Origin: a virus
Reading direction: 5' to 3' (one strand)
DNA: 64,000 bases
Virus record (IMG/VR): IMGVR_UViG_3300021962_000035
Span: 1-64,000 of that record
The notes beneath the pieces are model-generated. The model was not told the DNA's origin. It did not search any database and saw only the letters and a list, made by a program, of their open reading frames with translations. Below are positions 1 to 8,524 of the stretch, piece after piece (positions within the stretch are counted from its first letter, which is position 1; each line of letters begins with the position of its first letter). Position numbers and translations under genes: made by a program.

Positions 1-552
1 CTCAGGGAGCACAAGGTAACACAGGAGCACAAGGTGCTGCAGGAACCAACGGAGCACAAGGAGCTCAAGGAGCACAGGGTAACACAGGAGCACAAGGTGC
101 TGCAGGAACCAACGGAGCTCAGGGAGCACAAGGTGCTGCAGGATCTTCAGGATCTAGCGGAGCACAGGGAGCACAGGGAGCACAGGGAGCACAGGGTAAC
201 ACAGGAGCACAGGGAGCACAAGGTGCTGCAGGAACCTCAGGATCTTCAGGATCTAGCGGAGCACAGGGAGCTCAGGGAGCTCAGGGAGCACAAGGTAACA
301 CAGGAGCACAAGGTGCTGCAGGAACCAACGGAGCACAAGGAGCTCAAGGAGCACAGGGTAACACAGGAGCACAAGGTGCTGCAGGAACCAACGGAGCTCA
401 GGGAGCTCAAGGTAACACCGGAGCACAAGGAGCTGCAGGAACCAACGGAGCACAAGGAGCTCAGGGTAACACCGGAGCACAAGGAGCTGCAGGAACCAAC
501 GGAGCACAAGGAGCTGCAGGAGCACAAGGAACAGAAGGTAATGACGGAGCAA
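1..552 (+). repeat. 9-nt-unit collagen-coding repeat, block 1, including a 127-bp exact duplication (1..127 = 280..406)
   Basis: Tandem GGAGCACAA/GGAGCACAG/GGTGCTGCA/GGAACCAAC units; the duplication offset of 279 equals 31 units. Confidence 0.9.
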
Positions 553-1685
553 ACAGCGGTAGATGGAGATTCTCAACAGCATTAACATCACCCAACAACC
601 CCGGTGCAACCCAGTTTATAAGTGATGTTACAGGCATTGCTTCTATAGGAAGACTCAGTATATCAACTACTTCCATAGCGGCCAACTACGCTGCTTGGTT
701 ATCCTCAATAATCGCTAACCGTACGGTCCTTCAGGTTATAGAGGTTGCTACAAATAGCACTTTAGGTGTATTCAACGTAACAGCCGTTACTAACAATGGT
801 AGCTACTATGATCTTACAGTAACAAACACAGTAGCTAGTGGCGCTTTAACTAATGCAAGAAATTATACGATAGCAATAGTTAATAACGGAGCACAGGGAG
901 CACAGGGAGCAGCTGGAACTAACGGAGCACAGGGAGCACAGGGAGCACAGGGAACTGCAGGAACAAATGGAGCACAAGGAGCTGCAGGAACAAATGGAGC
1001 ACAAGGAGCTGCAGGAACTAACGGAGCACAAGGTGCTGCAGGAACCAACGGAGCACAAGGTGCTGCAGGAACCAACGGAGCACAAGGAGCACAAGGAGCA
1101 CAAGGAGCTACTGGAACTGGAGCACAAGGAGCACAAGGAGCTGGCGGAACTAACGGAACCAATGGAGCACAGGGAGCACAAGGAGCAGCAGGTGGTGGTC
1201 TATCGGGGGGTAGTACACCTAAGCTTGCTTATTGGACAGGTGCTTCTTCTCTAGGTAATTCCGATGTGACGCAAAATACTTTAGCAAACGGAGGTATAAT
1301 CGTAACCACCGCTCTGGAAGTAGGTACTATAGGTACCCACGCAAACGTTACCGGTAGAATAGACGCGGCAAATGATATAGTTGCTTATTCAACTTCTGAT
1401 AAAGAACTGAAAGAAAACTTTGTAAGAATATCTAACGCTTTAAAGAAAGTTGAATCTATATCCGGTTATGAGTTTGATTGGAAACTTGAGCATAAGCACG
1501 AGCACGGTTTCGAAGGACATGACGTAGGTGTAATGGCACAGGAGATAGAAACGGTTCTTCCTGAAGTGGTTAGCACTAAATTTAATGGATACAAAGGCGT
1601 TAAATATGAAAAGATCGTTCCGCTCTTAATTGAAGCTATTAAAGAACTTTCTGCTCAAGTAGATGAACTTAGAAAAAACAAATAA
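3..1685 (+). CDS. Collagen-like (Gly-X-Y) tail fibre with C-terminal intramolecular chaperone (peptidase S74-like); 5' partial
   Basis: The frame starting at nt 3 reads [17 protein letters not shown]... with no stop, through a globular spacer and a second collagen block, into track ORF 1266..1685 (same frame). It ends in SDKELKENF...ISGYEFDWK...VGVMAQEIE...[17 protein letters not shown]. Confidence 0.9.
   Translation, partial: QGAQGNTGAQGAAGTNGAQGAQGAQGNTGAQGAAGTNGAQGAQGAAGSSGSSGAQGAQGAQGAQGNTGAQGAQGAAGTSGSSGSSGAQGAQGAQGAQGNTGAQGAAGTNGAQGAQGAQGNTGAQGAAGTNGAQGAQGNTGAQGAAGTNGAQGAQGNTGAQGAAGTNGAQGAAGAQGTEGNDGANSGRWRFSTALTSPNNPGATQFISDVTGIASIGRLSISTTSIAANYAAWLSSIIANRTVLQVIEVATNSTLGVFNVTAVTNNGSYYDLTVTNTVASGALTNARNYTIAIVNNGAQGAQGAAGTNGAQGAQGAQGTAGTNGAQGAAGTNGAQGAAGTNGAQGAAGTNGAQGAAGTNGAQGAQGAQGATGTGAQGAQGAGGTNGTNGAQGAQGAAGGGLSGGSTPKLAYWTGASSLGNSDVTQNTLANGGIIVTTALEVGTIGTHANVTGRIDAANDIVAYSTSDKELKENFVRISNALKKVESISGYEFDWKLEHKHEHGFEGHDVGVMAQEIETVLPEVVSTKFNGYKGVKYEKIVPLLIEAIKELSAQVDELRKNK
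889..1195 (+). repeat. Collagen-coding repeat, block 2
   Basis: GAQ/GAA/GTN triplets in the same reading frame as block 1. Confidence 0.9.
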
Positions 1686-1693
1686 TAAACAAT

Positions 1694-2929
1694 ATGGCAT
1701 TACCAAATTCAGCAGCATATAGACAATCCAATTCTTTCTTAGCTGGAACTTTTATACCAAACGGTTCCACCGTAGCATACGCTCCTGCTTATGCAGGTGG
1801 TGGTGCTACTGGTGCAGTCTTTCCTAATCTTGGTGCAGGTTACGGATCAACAACATGGAGAAATGGAGTTGAAATAGGGGGAACCGCAAACGGATCTTCA
1901 AACCAGGCCATTTACTACACGATATATTCTGACACCTACACTCAAGGAACAACAACTCAGCCGAACGCTTTGCCTGTTGTTTGGGGAGTTACTACAGGAA
2001 ACTCAACAACAGATATTCTTAATCTAGTTAATAAACTTCCTGCGATGTACCCGACCACTAAGCACACAACTTATGCTCAGGCCGTTACTTGGCTTAACAC
2101 CGGAGGTTATTTCTTGGCCAACAGAAATTATCCGGCTATAATGTATAATGAGAGCACCCCAATGATCTCAGCTTTTGATCCTTCATTTTCCGCTTCTTAC
2201 CCTTTAACAGGAACTGCTATAAAGGATTTAACTGGAAACGCTACCTCCGCAGGTACTCTACAAGGATCTGCTTCTTGGGATTCAACCGATAAAAACTCTA
2301 TATTATTACCCACTAGCTCGAGTATTGCTTTACCTCAAAATATTTTTAGCAATTACGTTCTTGAAAGTAATAGCGCTAACCGTTTAACTTTTAGCGTATG
2401 GTTTTATTTAACAACACTTCCTGGTACTAATCTCATAGCAACTTTATTTAACCTTACTGATAATAGGGCAGGGACTACAAATAGACCTGGAGCTATTCCT
2501 CAATCAACAGAATGCTGGATGGCGCTTTATGTAAATAGCGCCGGAGAGATTCGTTTGGAGGGCGATCCTCAGTGTAGCGGAGCAGCGGTTACCACAGCAA
2601 GTAAACTTACAACTACCCCAGTAACAACAGGGTCTTGGCATAATATAACTTTTACCGCAGATTTCACAACAACTAACTCTAATATAAAAGTTTGTTATGA
2701 TGGTGTTATAGGCGGGACCGTTACATATATTTGGCCTGTTAGTGGTCCTGTTGCAAACACACCTAACGGAGTAGGTCTACTAGGATGCTCCGCTACGAAT
2801 TCTACTGGAATAATTCTTAATGGTACTGGTATGAATGGAAAGATAGGAGCATCTTACATTTACTATGATGAGATTAACGATACACAGAAAGCTGATCTCT
2901 ATAGCAAGACCCTTCCGATCTACCCTTAA
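1694..2929 (+). CDS. Virion-associated protein with C-terminal LamG/concanavalin A-like domain
   Basis: FDPSFSASYP-TGT-IKDLTGN, LTFSVWFYL, GSWHNITFT and NGKIGASYIY are LamG-type motifs; T/G/N-rich; directly follows the fibre gene. Confidence 0.65.
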   Translation: MALPNSAAYRQSNSFLAGTFIPNGSTVAYAPAYAGGGATGAVFPNLGAGYGSTTWRNGVEIGGTANGSSNQAIYYTIYSDTYTQGTTTQPNALPVVWGVTTGNSTTDILNLVNKLPAMYPTTKHTTYAQAVTWLNTGGYFLANRNYPAIMYNESTPMISAFDPSFSASYPLTGTAIKDLTGNATSAGTLQGSASWDSTDKNSILLPTSSSIALPQNIFSNYVLESNSANRLTFSVWFYLTTLPGTNLIATLFNLTDNRAGTTNRPGAIPQSTECWMALYVNSAGEIRLEGDPQCSGAAVTTASKLTTTPVTTGSWHNITFTADFTTTNSNIKVCYDGVIGGTVTYIWPVSGPVANTPNGVGLLGCSATNSTGIILNGTGMNGKIGASYIYYDEINDTQKADLYSKTLPIYP

Positions 2930-2946
2930 ATAATAATCAAATTTAC

Positions 2947-2975
2947 GGAACTTAAGCTTGTAGCTGTGGTATAAT
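2947..2975 (+). promoter_or_regulatory. Middle/ECF-type promoter GGAAC-N17-GTATAAT
   Basis: Upstream of the oxygenase-GT cluster. Confidence 0.6.
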
Positions 2976-2996
2976 TTATAAATTTAATTGTAAATT

Positions 2997-3575
2997 ATGC
3001 AGGTACAGTGTTTAATAGTTGACGACTTTTACAGCAACGTTGACGAGGTTAGAAATTTTGCTTTGCAGCAAGATTTTAGCGTGAATGGAAACTATCCAGG
3101 ACACAGAACGGATTCATTCATTACTGATAGTGCTAAGGATCTAATACAGGATATTATTAGACCTTTTGCAGGAAATGTTATCTGGTGGGGAGATGACTAT
3201 ACAGGGGCTTTCCAATACACAACAGCATCAGATAGATCATGGATCCACTCAGATTACACCACCAACTGGGCAGGAGTTTTATATTTAACTCCGGATGCAC
3301 CCATATCTGCAGGAACCGGACTTTTCAAATTGAAAGAAAACGGTTTAAGAAGCTGGAAGAATTCAGATCACACAGACGAGGAAAATAGAAACGCTCTTCA
3401 TAATAAATATTCTCAGGACTACACAAAATGGGAGATGGTTGATAAGATCGGAAACGTTTATAATAGATTAGTTCTTTACAGAGGGGATTTATTCCATGTC
3501 TCTCTAGATTACTTTGGCGATAGCAAAGAAAATGGAAGACTATTTCAATTATTCTTTTTTAATACAGAGAGATAA
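2997..3575 (+). CDS. 2OG-Fe(II) oxygenase-like protein (DUF6445-like)
   Basis: IVDDFYSNVDEVR...NYPGHRT start; HxD motif (WIHSD), WAGVLYL, YNRLVLY, distal His (LFHVS), RLFQLFFF. Confidence 0.75.
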   Translation: MQVQCLIVDDFYSNVDEVRNFALQQDFSVNGNYPGHRTDSFITDSAKDLIQDIIRPFAGNVIWWGDDYTGAFQYTTASDRSWIHSDYTTNWAGVLYLTPDAPISAGTGLFKLKENGLRSWKNSDHTDEENRNALHNKYSQDYTKWEMVDKIGNVYNRLVLYRGDLFHVSLDYFGDSKENGRLFQLFFFNTER

Positions 3576-4837
3576 TGATAACAAAAAAACCTAGCGCTAT
3601 TGTTTACGGGTGGCCTATTAAAGGATCCGTTACACTCCAGTCGGATATCTATTTTGAAGAAAGACTTTATGACGAAGTCACAGTATACTCCCTAGATTAC
3701 ACCGGAAATGTCATAGATGATTATACTAAACACAAGCCTGATCTAATCATATCCATAATAGAGGATATCAACGTTCCCGATGAGAGATTAAGGGAAATAA
3801 GTTTTGTTTACAATTTTCAGGTCCCGGGTAATGTTTTAGCTAATGATATTGTAGCACAATCCACATTCAGAAACTGCTCTTTGTCCAGACCTAAATTTTC
3901 TATATTCACACCAACATATGATACCAACCCACTTAGATTGAAAAGACTTTATGAAAGTTTAAAGGCTCAAACTATGGGAAATTGGGAATGGGTTGTTTTG
4001 GACGATACTCCAGGAAAAACTACGTGGGAGCTTATAAACGAAATAGCAGAGAAAGATTATAGGGTTAAACCTCACAAAATGTTACCGACTAGCGGAGGAA
4101 ACATTGGGCTAGTTAAACGTAGAGCAGCTATGCTCTGTGAAGGTGATTGGTTATTCGAATTAGATCACGACGACGCACTTATAAGTAATTGTTTAGAAAT
4201 GTGTTCATCTGCAGCTAGCGTTTATAAGGATGCTGGGTTCATATACACAGATTGCTGCGAACTCTACGAAGACGGTGAATTTAAAAGCTATGATTATGAC
4301 AGATCAGGTAACTGGTACGGCAGAGAGGATAACTACTACTGTTGGGGATATGCTGGACACACGATGGTTGTAGCAGACGGGAAAGAATATTTAGCTCATC
4401 ACACTGCAGATATAAATCCAAGGACGATTAGATTTAATATAGGAATGCCAAACCATGCTAGAATGTGGAGAAGGGATGTCTATCATAGAATAGGCGGACA
4501 CAATCCAAAATTCCCTGTAGCGGACGATTTTGAGCTCATTATAAGGACTTTTCTTAATACCCGTATGGTACATGTTAAAGAGATGCTATATCTCCAATAC
4601 AGCGATAGAAACACCACTACAAGCAATAATTCAATTGACATAAATAGGAGAGCTAGATTAATAAGGGATTACTACAATCCGAAAATACATCAAAGAATAT
4701 TGGACCTTGGTGGGGTTGATTGGGATTGGGATCCAGAAACAGCTACTAGTCCTAGACTACAACACGAAGGGGGAGAAAAATTAAAATTCGGAATTGAGGA
4801 ATCGTATCTAAATTACATATATGCTAAGGAGAAGTAA
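3575..4837 (+). CDS. Glycosyltransferase family 2
   Basis: IFTPTY, WEWVVLDD, ELDHDD (DxD) and VADDFELIIR motifs. Confidence 0.85.
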   Translation: MITKKPSAIVYGWPIKGSVTLQSDIYFEERLYDEVTVYSLDYTGNVIDDYTKHKPDLIISIIEDINVPDERLREISFVYNFQVPGNVLANDIVAQSTFRNCSLSRPKFSIFTPTYDTNPLRLKRLYESLKAQTMGNWEWVVLDDTPGKTTWELINEIAEKDYRVKPHKMLPTSGGNIGLVKRRAAMLCEGDWLFELDHDDALISNCLEMCSSAASVYKDAGFIYTDCCELYEDGEFKSYDYDRSGNWYGREDNYYCWGYAGHTMVVADGKEYLAHHTADINPRTIRFNIGMPNHARMWRRDVYHRIGGHNPKFPVADDFELIIRTFLNTRMVHVKEMLYLQYSDRNTTTSNNSIDINRRARLIRDYYNPKIHQRILDLGGVDWDWDPETATSPRLQHEGGEKLKFGIEESYLNYIYAKEK

Positions 4838-6023
4838 AATATGTTTAAATGCTATGGTAGCAAACGAATCCAGAACTATTCTAAGAATGCTGGAATCTTG
4901 CTATCAATATGTGGATTATTGGGTTATCCAGGACAATGGATCTACTGACGGAACACAGGATCTAATCAGAAACTTTTTTGCGGAGAAACAAATACCTGGG
5001 TTTCTTTACGAAACTAAATGGGAATATCCGGGATGGAATAGGGATCATACTTTGCAAACGTGTTTAAAATCAGATCATGGATGTGATTGGATTTTAAGGA
5101 TGGATGCAGATGAACAACTTGTTGTTGATGCTGATTTTGACTGGAACATTTTAAATGATCATTCAATTCAGAGCTTTAATATAACAGCTGATGGCGGGGG
5201 CAGTGTTTACTTCAGAACTTGGTTATGGAATGCAAGACTTCCGTGGTTATTCAAGCATGATAAAAGACACGAGGTAATTCTTTTGCCTGAGTCTGGATCT
5301 AATGACGAAGGATTTCAAAGAGTAAATCTACCTAGATCATTTAGACATATTATAACTAATGATGGACAAACTTGGGCTTCACCAACTAAGTTTTTAAAGG
5401 ATGCTCTGGAGCTAGAATCCGATCAAGTAACAAGCGGTAAAGTATTAGAAGACACATATCATCTTTGGTATATCGGAAAAAGCTATTCTGATTGCTATGA
5501 AGATTCGGATAACTTTCCATTTAAAAGAGCTCACTCAATAGAGTATGCAAGAAGGGCAATATTTTATTTTGAACAGTATCTAAATGTTATGCATGACTGG
5601 GAAAATAAGAAAACTGGGCATTTCCAAAATGAAATGTCCTACCTTGGTATGTGCTTAATAGCTAACGCGTACAGATTTATGGAAGATAAAGAAACTGCAC
5701 TTTTTTATCTTGCGAACGCCGAGCAATTCTGTCCCGAAAGAAATGAACATCTAATGTGGATGACTGAAATTTTTCTATCTATCGGAGACTATGATTCCAT
5801 GCTTGGATGCACCAGAAGATTGACAGATCCTGCTAGAAAAAATCCATTTCCTAATAGATGTTTTCTTTTAACCAATTCTGCTTACCCTGATACCGGAACA
5901 TATGTTCACGATCTTCATAAAATTGCAAATCACAAAAACGAGATAGTAGATGTGATTCCTACGGAAGACATCCAACCAAATAAAGTATTAACATCAGCCC
6001 AAGGGCCTTCATTCTTAAAATAA
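4821..6023 (+). CDS. GT2-like glycosyltransferase with TPR-like helical C-terminus
   Basis: ICLNAMVANE, WVIQDNGSTDGT, WILRMDADE (DxD), HE; helical YL...A repeats ending CPERNEHL. Confidence 0.8.
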   Translation: MLRRSKICLNAMVANESRTILRMLESCYQYVDYWVIQDNGSTDGTQDLIRNFFAEKQIPGFLYETKWEYPGWNRDHTLQTCLKSDHGCDWILRMDADEQLVVDADFDWNILNDHSIQSFNITADGGGSVYFRTWLWNARLPWLFKHDKRHEVILLPESGSNDEGFQRVNLPRSFRHIITNDGQTWASPTKFLKDALELESDQVTSGKVLEDTYHLWYIGKSYSDCYEDSDNFPFKRAHSIEYARRAIFYFEQYLNVMHDWENKKTGHFQNEMSYLGMCLIANAYRFMEDKETALFYLANAEQFCPERNEHLMWMTEIFLSIGDYDSMLGCTRRLTDPARKNPFPNRCFLLTNSAYPDTGTYVHDLHKIANHKNEIVDVIPTEDIQPNKVLTSAQGPSFLK

Positions 6024-6036
6024 AAATAAAATAAAT

Positions 6037-6312
6037 ATGTCAGAACAAATTAAATTACCAGAAGAACTCTTAATGGAAATTCAAAAATTAAGAGATGAGC
6101 TAACACAGAATGTGATTAGAATCGGAAGACTTAATGTAGAAGCTGCTTTCCACAGAAAAGATTTAGAATTGGTTGAGCAAGAGCTTAAAGCTCTTTATGA
6201 CTATGCCGAGGATATTTCTATTAGAGAGTCAGAACTTCAACAAAAAGTTATTTCCGAATACGGAAACGGAAAACTTGATTTCGAATCGGGTATGTTTACT
6301 AAAGAAGCTTAA
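6037..6312 (+). CDS. Hypothetical coiled-coil protein
   Basis: Clean ORF with an A-rich leader; ends YGNGKLDFESGMF. Confidence 0.7.
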   Translation: MSEQIKLPEELLMEIQKLRDELTQNVIRIGRLNVEAAFHRKDLELVEQELKALYDYAEDISIRESELQQKVISEYGNGKLDFESGMFTKEA

Positions 6313-6321
6313 TCTATCTTA

Positions 6322-7278
6322 GTGGACAGAAAAAGGATATTATACGTCTCTCCACATTTTTCGACCGGAGGACTTCCACAATACTTGCTTAAAAAAATAG
6401 AATCTTTTAATGATTCTAGCGATATCTATTGTGTAGAATACTCGTATTATGGAGATGCTTATGTGGTCCAAAGAAATAAAGTTATCTCTATTTTAGGTGA
6501 TCGATTTATATCTTTGGGAGACGATAAGTCCAAGTTAATTGATATAATTTCTATCATTTCTCCAGACATTATACATTTTGAGGAGATAGTAGAAACTTTT
6601 ATTGATAATAATATTCTAAAATCAATTTACAGTAAGGAAAGAAATTATTTTATTTGCGAGACTTGTCACAGTTCACAAATAGATCCTTCTGTTAAAATTT
6701 ATAAACCTGATAAGTTTGTTATGGTTTCTAAATGGATTAGAGATAAGTTTAGTATACTAGGAATACCTAGCGAACTTCTCGAATATCCTATAGAGAATAA
6801 GAAACCTGATAGGAGTTTAGCTTTATCTGATCTTGGCTTAGATCCAAATAAGAAGCACATCGTAAATGTTGGGTTATTTACGCCAGGAAAAAATCAGGGT
6901 GAACTGATTAGATATGCTAAAGCTTTGGAGAAGTTTCCCATAGAATTTCATTTTATAGGAAATCAAGCTCCTAATTTTTCTGGTTACTGGGAACCTTTAA
7001 TGAGGGATCTACCCATAAATTGTAGAATTTGGGGTGAAAGAAACGATGTTGATACATTTTATCAAGCTGCGGATCTTTTCGTTTTTACTTCCGTTTTTGA
7101 ACTTAATCCTCTTTGTATAAAGGAATCACTCTCCTGGAAAACACCGGTTATTTTTAGAAATCTTGATACCTATAGTAATTCATATAACGATAATAATTTA
7201 TCACATTATCTGACTGAGGATTTAGAAAAAAATGTGTATAAGATACTAGAGATTCTTGGGTTTATTAAACAAATGTAA
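6322..7278 (+). CDS. Glycosyltransferase family 4 (GT-B)
   Basis: PHFSTGGLPQY, NVGLFTPGKNQ, and FYQAADLFVFTSVFELNPLCIKES (E-x7-E). Confidence 0.85.
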   Translation: MDRKRILYVSPHFSTGGLPQYLLKKIESFNDSSDIYCVEYSYYGDAYVVQRNKVISILGDRFISLGDDKSKLIDIISIISPDIIHFEEIVETFIDNNILKSIYSKERNYFICETCHSSQIDPSVKIYKPDKFVMVSKWIRDKFSILGIPSELLEYPIENKKPDRSLALSDLGLDPNKKHIVNVGLFTPGKNQGELIRYAKALEKFPIEFHFIGNQAPNFSGYWEPLMRDLPINCRIWGERNDVDTFYQAADLFVFTSVFELNPLCIKESLSWKTPVIFRNLDTYSNSYNDNNLSHYLTEDLEKNVYKILEILGFIKQM

Positions 7279-7283
7279 AGTCG

Positions 7284-8465
7284 ATGCAGATACACAAAGA
7301 GTCAATATTGGTCTATAACGATCTGAAAAAAGCAGATTATCCTATATTTAAACATAAGGTAAGCATCAAAATATGGTTTGATTTTTCGCCAAAGGTTTTA
7401 ATTTCTTTTGGCGACTATAATCTGGAACCGTATACTATTAAAATGTTTGACGGAAACGGTAACCTTTTCCACATTAGTGAAATAGAAACTGGATTCTTTA
7501 CTTACGCATATAGAAGATGGATAACTGACACAACTATATTTGTTTATGATAGTAACGGATTAGAGGTATCAAGGTTTAATCTTATTGAGAAAATAAAATC
7601 AGGTAAAGTTATAGTAGCACTTGAAAGTAGTTCTTTAGGAGATACTATTGCTTGGATTCCTTATGTTAATAAATTTGCTGAGGATCATAATTGTTCTGAT
7701 ATTACAGTCACCACATTTTGGAATCACCTTTTCGAGGGTGAATATGATAGACTACAATTTAAGCATCCGGGATATCGTACCGAAGAGATTGACGTTATTA
7801 TAGGAGTTGGGTGGTATATTGAGGAGGACGTAAATTATCACAAAGTAGATCCCAGAATTTGTCCATTACAGAAAGTTGCCGCTGATATACTGGGGGTAGA
7901 GTATGTCGGTGAAATAAAGCCTAGGATAAAAAAAACAATTAAAGAAAGACCTACTGATAAAAAATATATCTGCATTGGGACTGAATCTACTGCTGCTGCT
8001 AAACATTGGAATCATCCCAACGGATGGCAGGGATTAGTTGATAGTTTTAAAGAAATAGGATACGAGGTTATACTTATTCACACACAGGGAAATTTCTTAT
8101 CTGGTGTTATTGACAAAACTGGAGATTTACCTATAGAGGATAGAATAAGTGATATACTCAATTCTGAATTTTTTATTGGGATAAGCTCTGGACTTTCCTG
8201 GTTGTCATGGGGACTAAATATACCTGTAGTTTTGATATCTGGGTTTACGCATAAATTTTGTGAGTTCTCTGACAAAACTCTTAGAATAATTAATGAGGAT
8301 AGGTGTCACGGGTGTTTTAATAAAATTGATTACAAATTTGATAGGGGAGACTGGATGTGGTGTCCCGTGCATAAAGATACTGATAGGCATTTTGAGTGCA
8401 CTAAATCCATAACACCCGATCAAGTATTTTCTCTAATTAAGAATTGGGAATTCTTTAAAGGATAG
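7284..8465 (+). CDS. Autotransporter heptosyltransferase-like (AAH/TibC, BAHT family) GT9-fold protein
   Basis: SSSLGDTIAWIPY, TTFWN, STAAAKHWN, FFIGISSGLSWLSW, and a four-Cys motif CHGC...WCP...FECTK like the TibC iron finger. Confidence 0.85.
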   Translation: MQIHKESILVYNDLKKADYPIFKHKVSIKIWFDFSPKVLISFGDYNLEPYTIKMFDGNGNLFHISEIETGFFTYAYRRWITDTTIFVYDSNGLEVSRFNLIEKIKSGKVIVALESSSLGDTIAWIPYVNKFAEDHNCSDITVTTFWNHLFEGEYDRLQFKHPGYRTEEIDVIIGVGWYIEEDVNYHKVDPRICPLQKVAADILGVEYVGEIKPRIKKTIKERPTDKKYICIGTESTAAAKHWNHPNGWQGLVDSFKEIGYEVILIHTQGNFLSGVIDKTGDLPIEDRISDILNSEFFIGISSGLSWLSWGLNIPVVLISGFTHKFCEFSDKTLRIINEDRCHGCFNKIDYKFDRGDWMWCPVHKDTDRHFECTKSITPDQVFSLIKNWEFFKG

Positions 8466-8493
8466 CAGCAAACTTCCCTTATTTATTTAGAAG

Positions 8494-8501
8494 GATATAT
8501 A
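8494..8501 (+). promoter_or_regulatory. Late promoter GATATATA
   Basis: Upstream of the neck gene. Confidence 0.75.
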
Positions 8502-8524
8502 AAAGAAAGATATCCACTAAAAGA

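Noticed and set aside
1-552. Short tandem repeats as a possible CRISPR array
   Set aside because: 9-nt coding units with no unique spacers.
34-1254. Track ORFs with EHKELQ, CSSL and PCAP repeats (34..585, 246..527, 846..1181, 863..1162, 967..1254 etc.)
   Set aside because: They are alternative-frame and antisense shadows of the Gly-X-Y repeat; the real frame starts at nt 3.
7270-7290. Readthrough fusion of GT4 and the heptosyltransferase
   Set aside because: The ORFs are in different frames, and the downstream gene has its own ATG.
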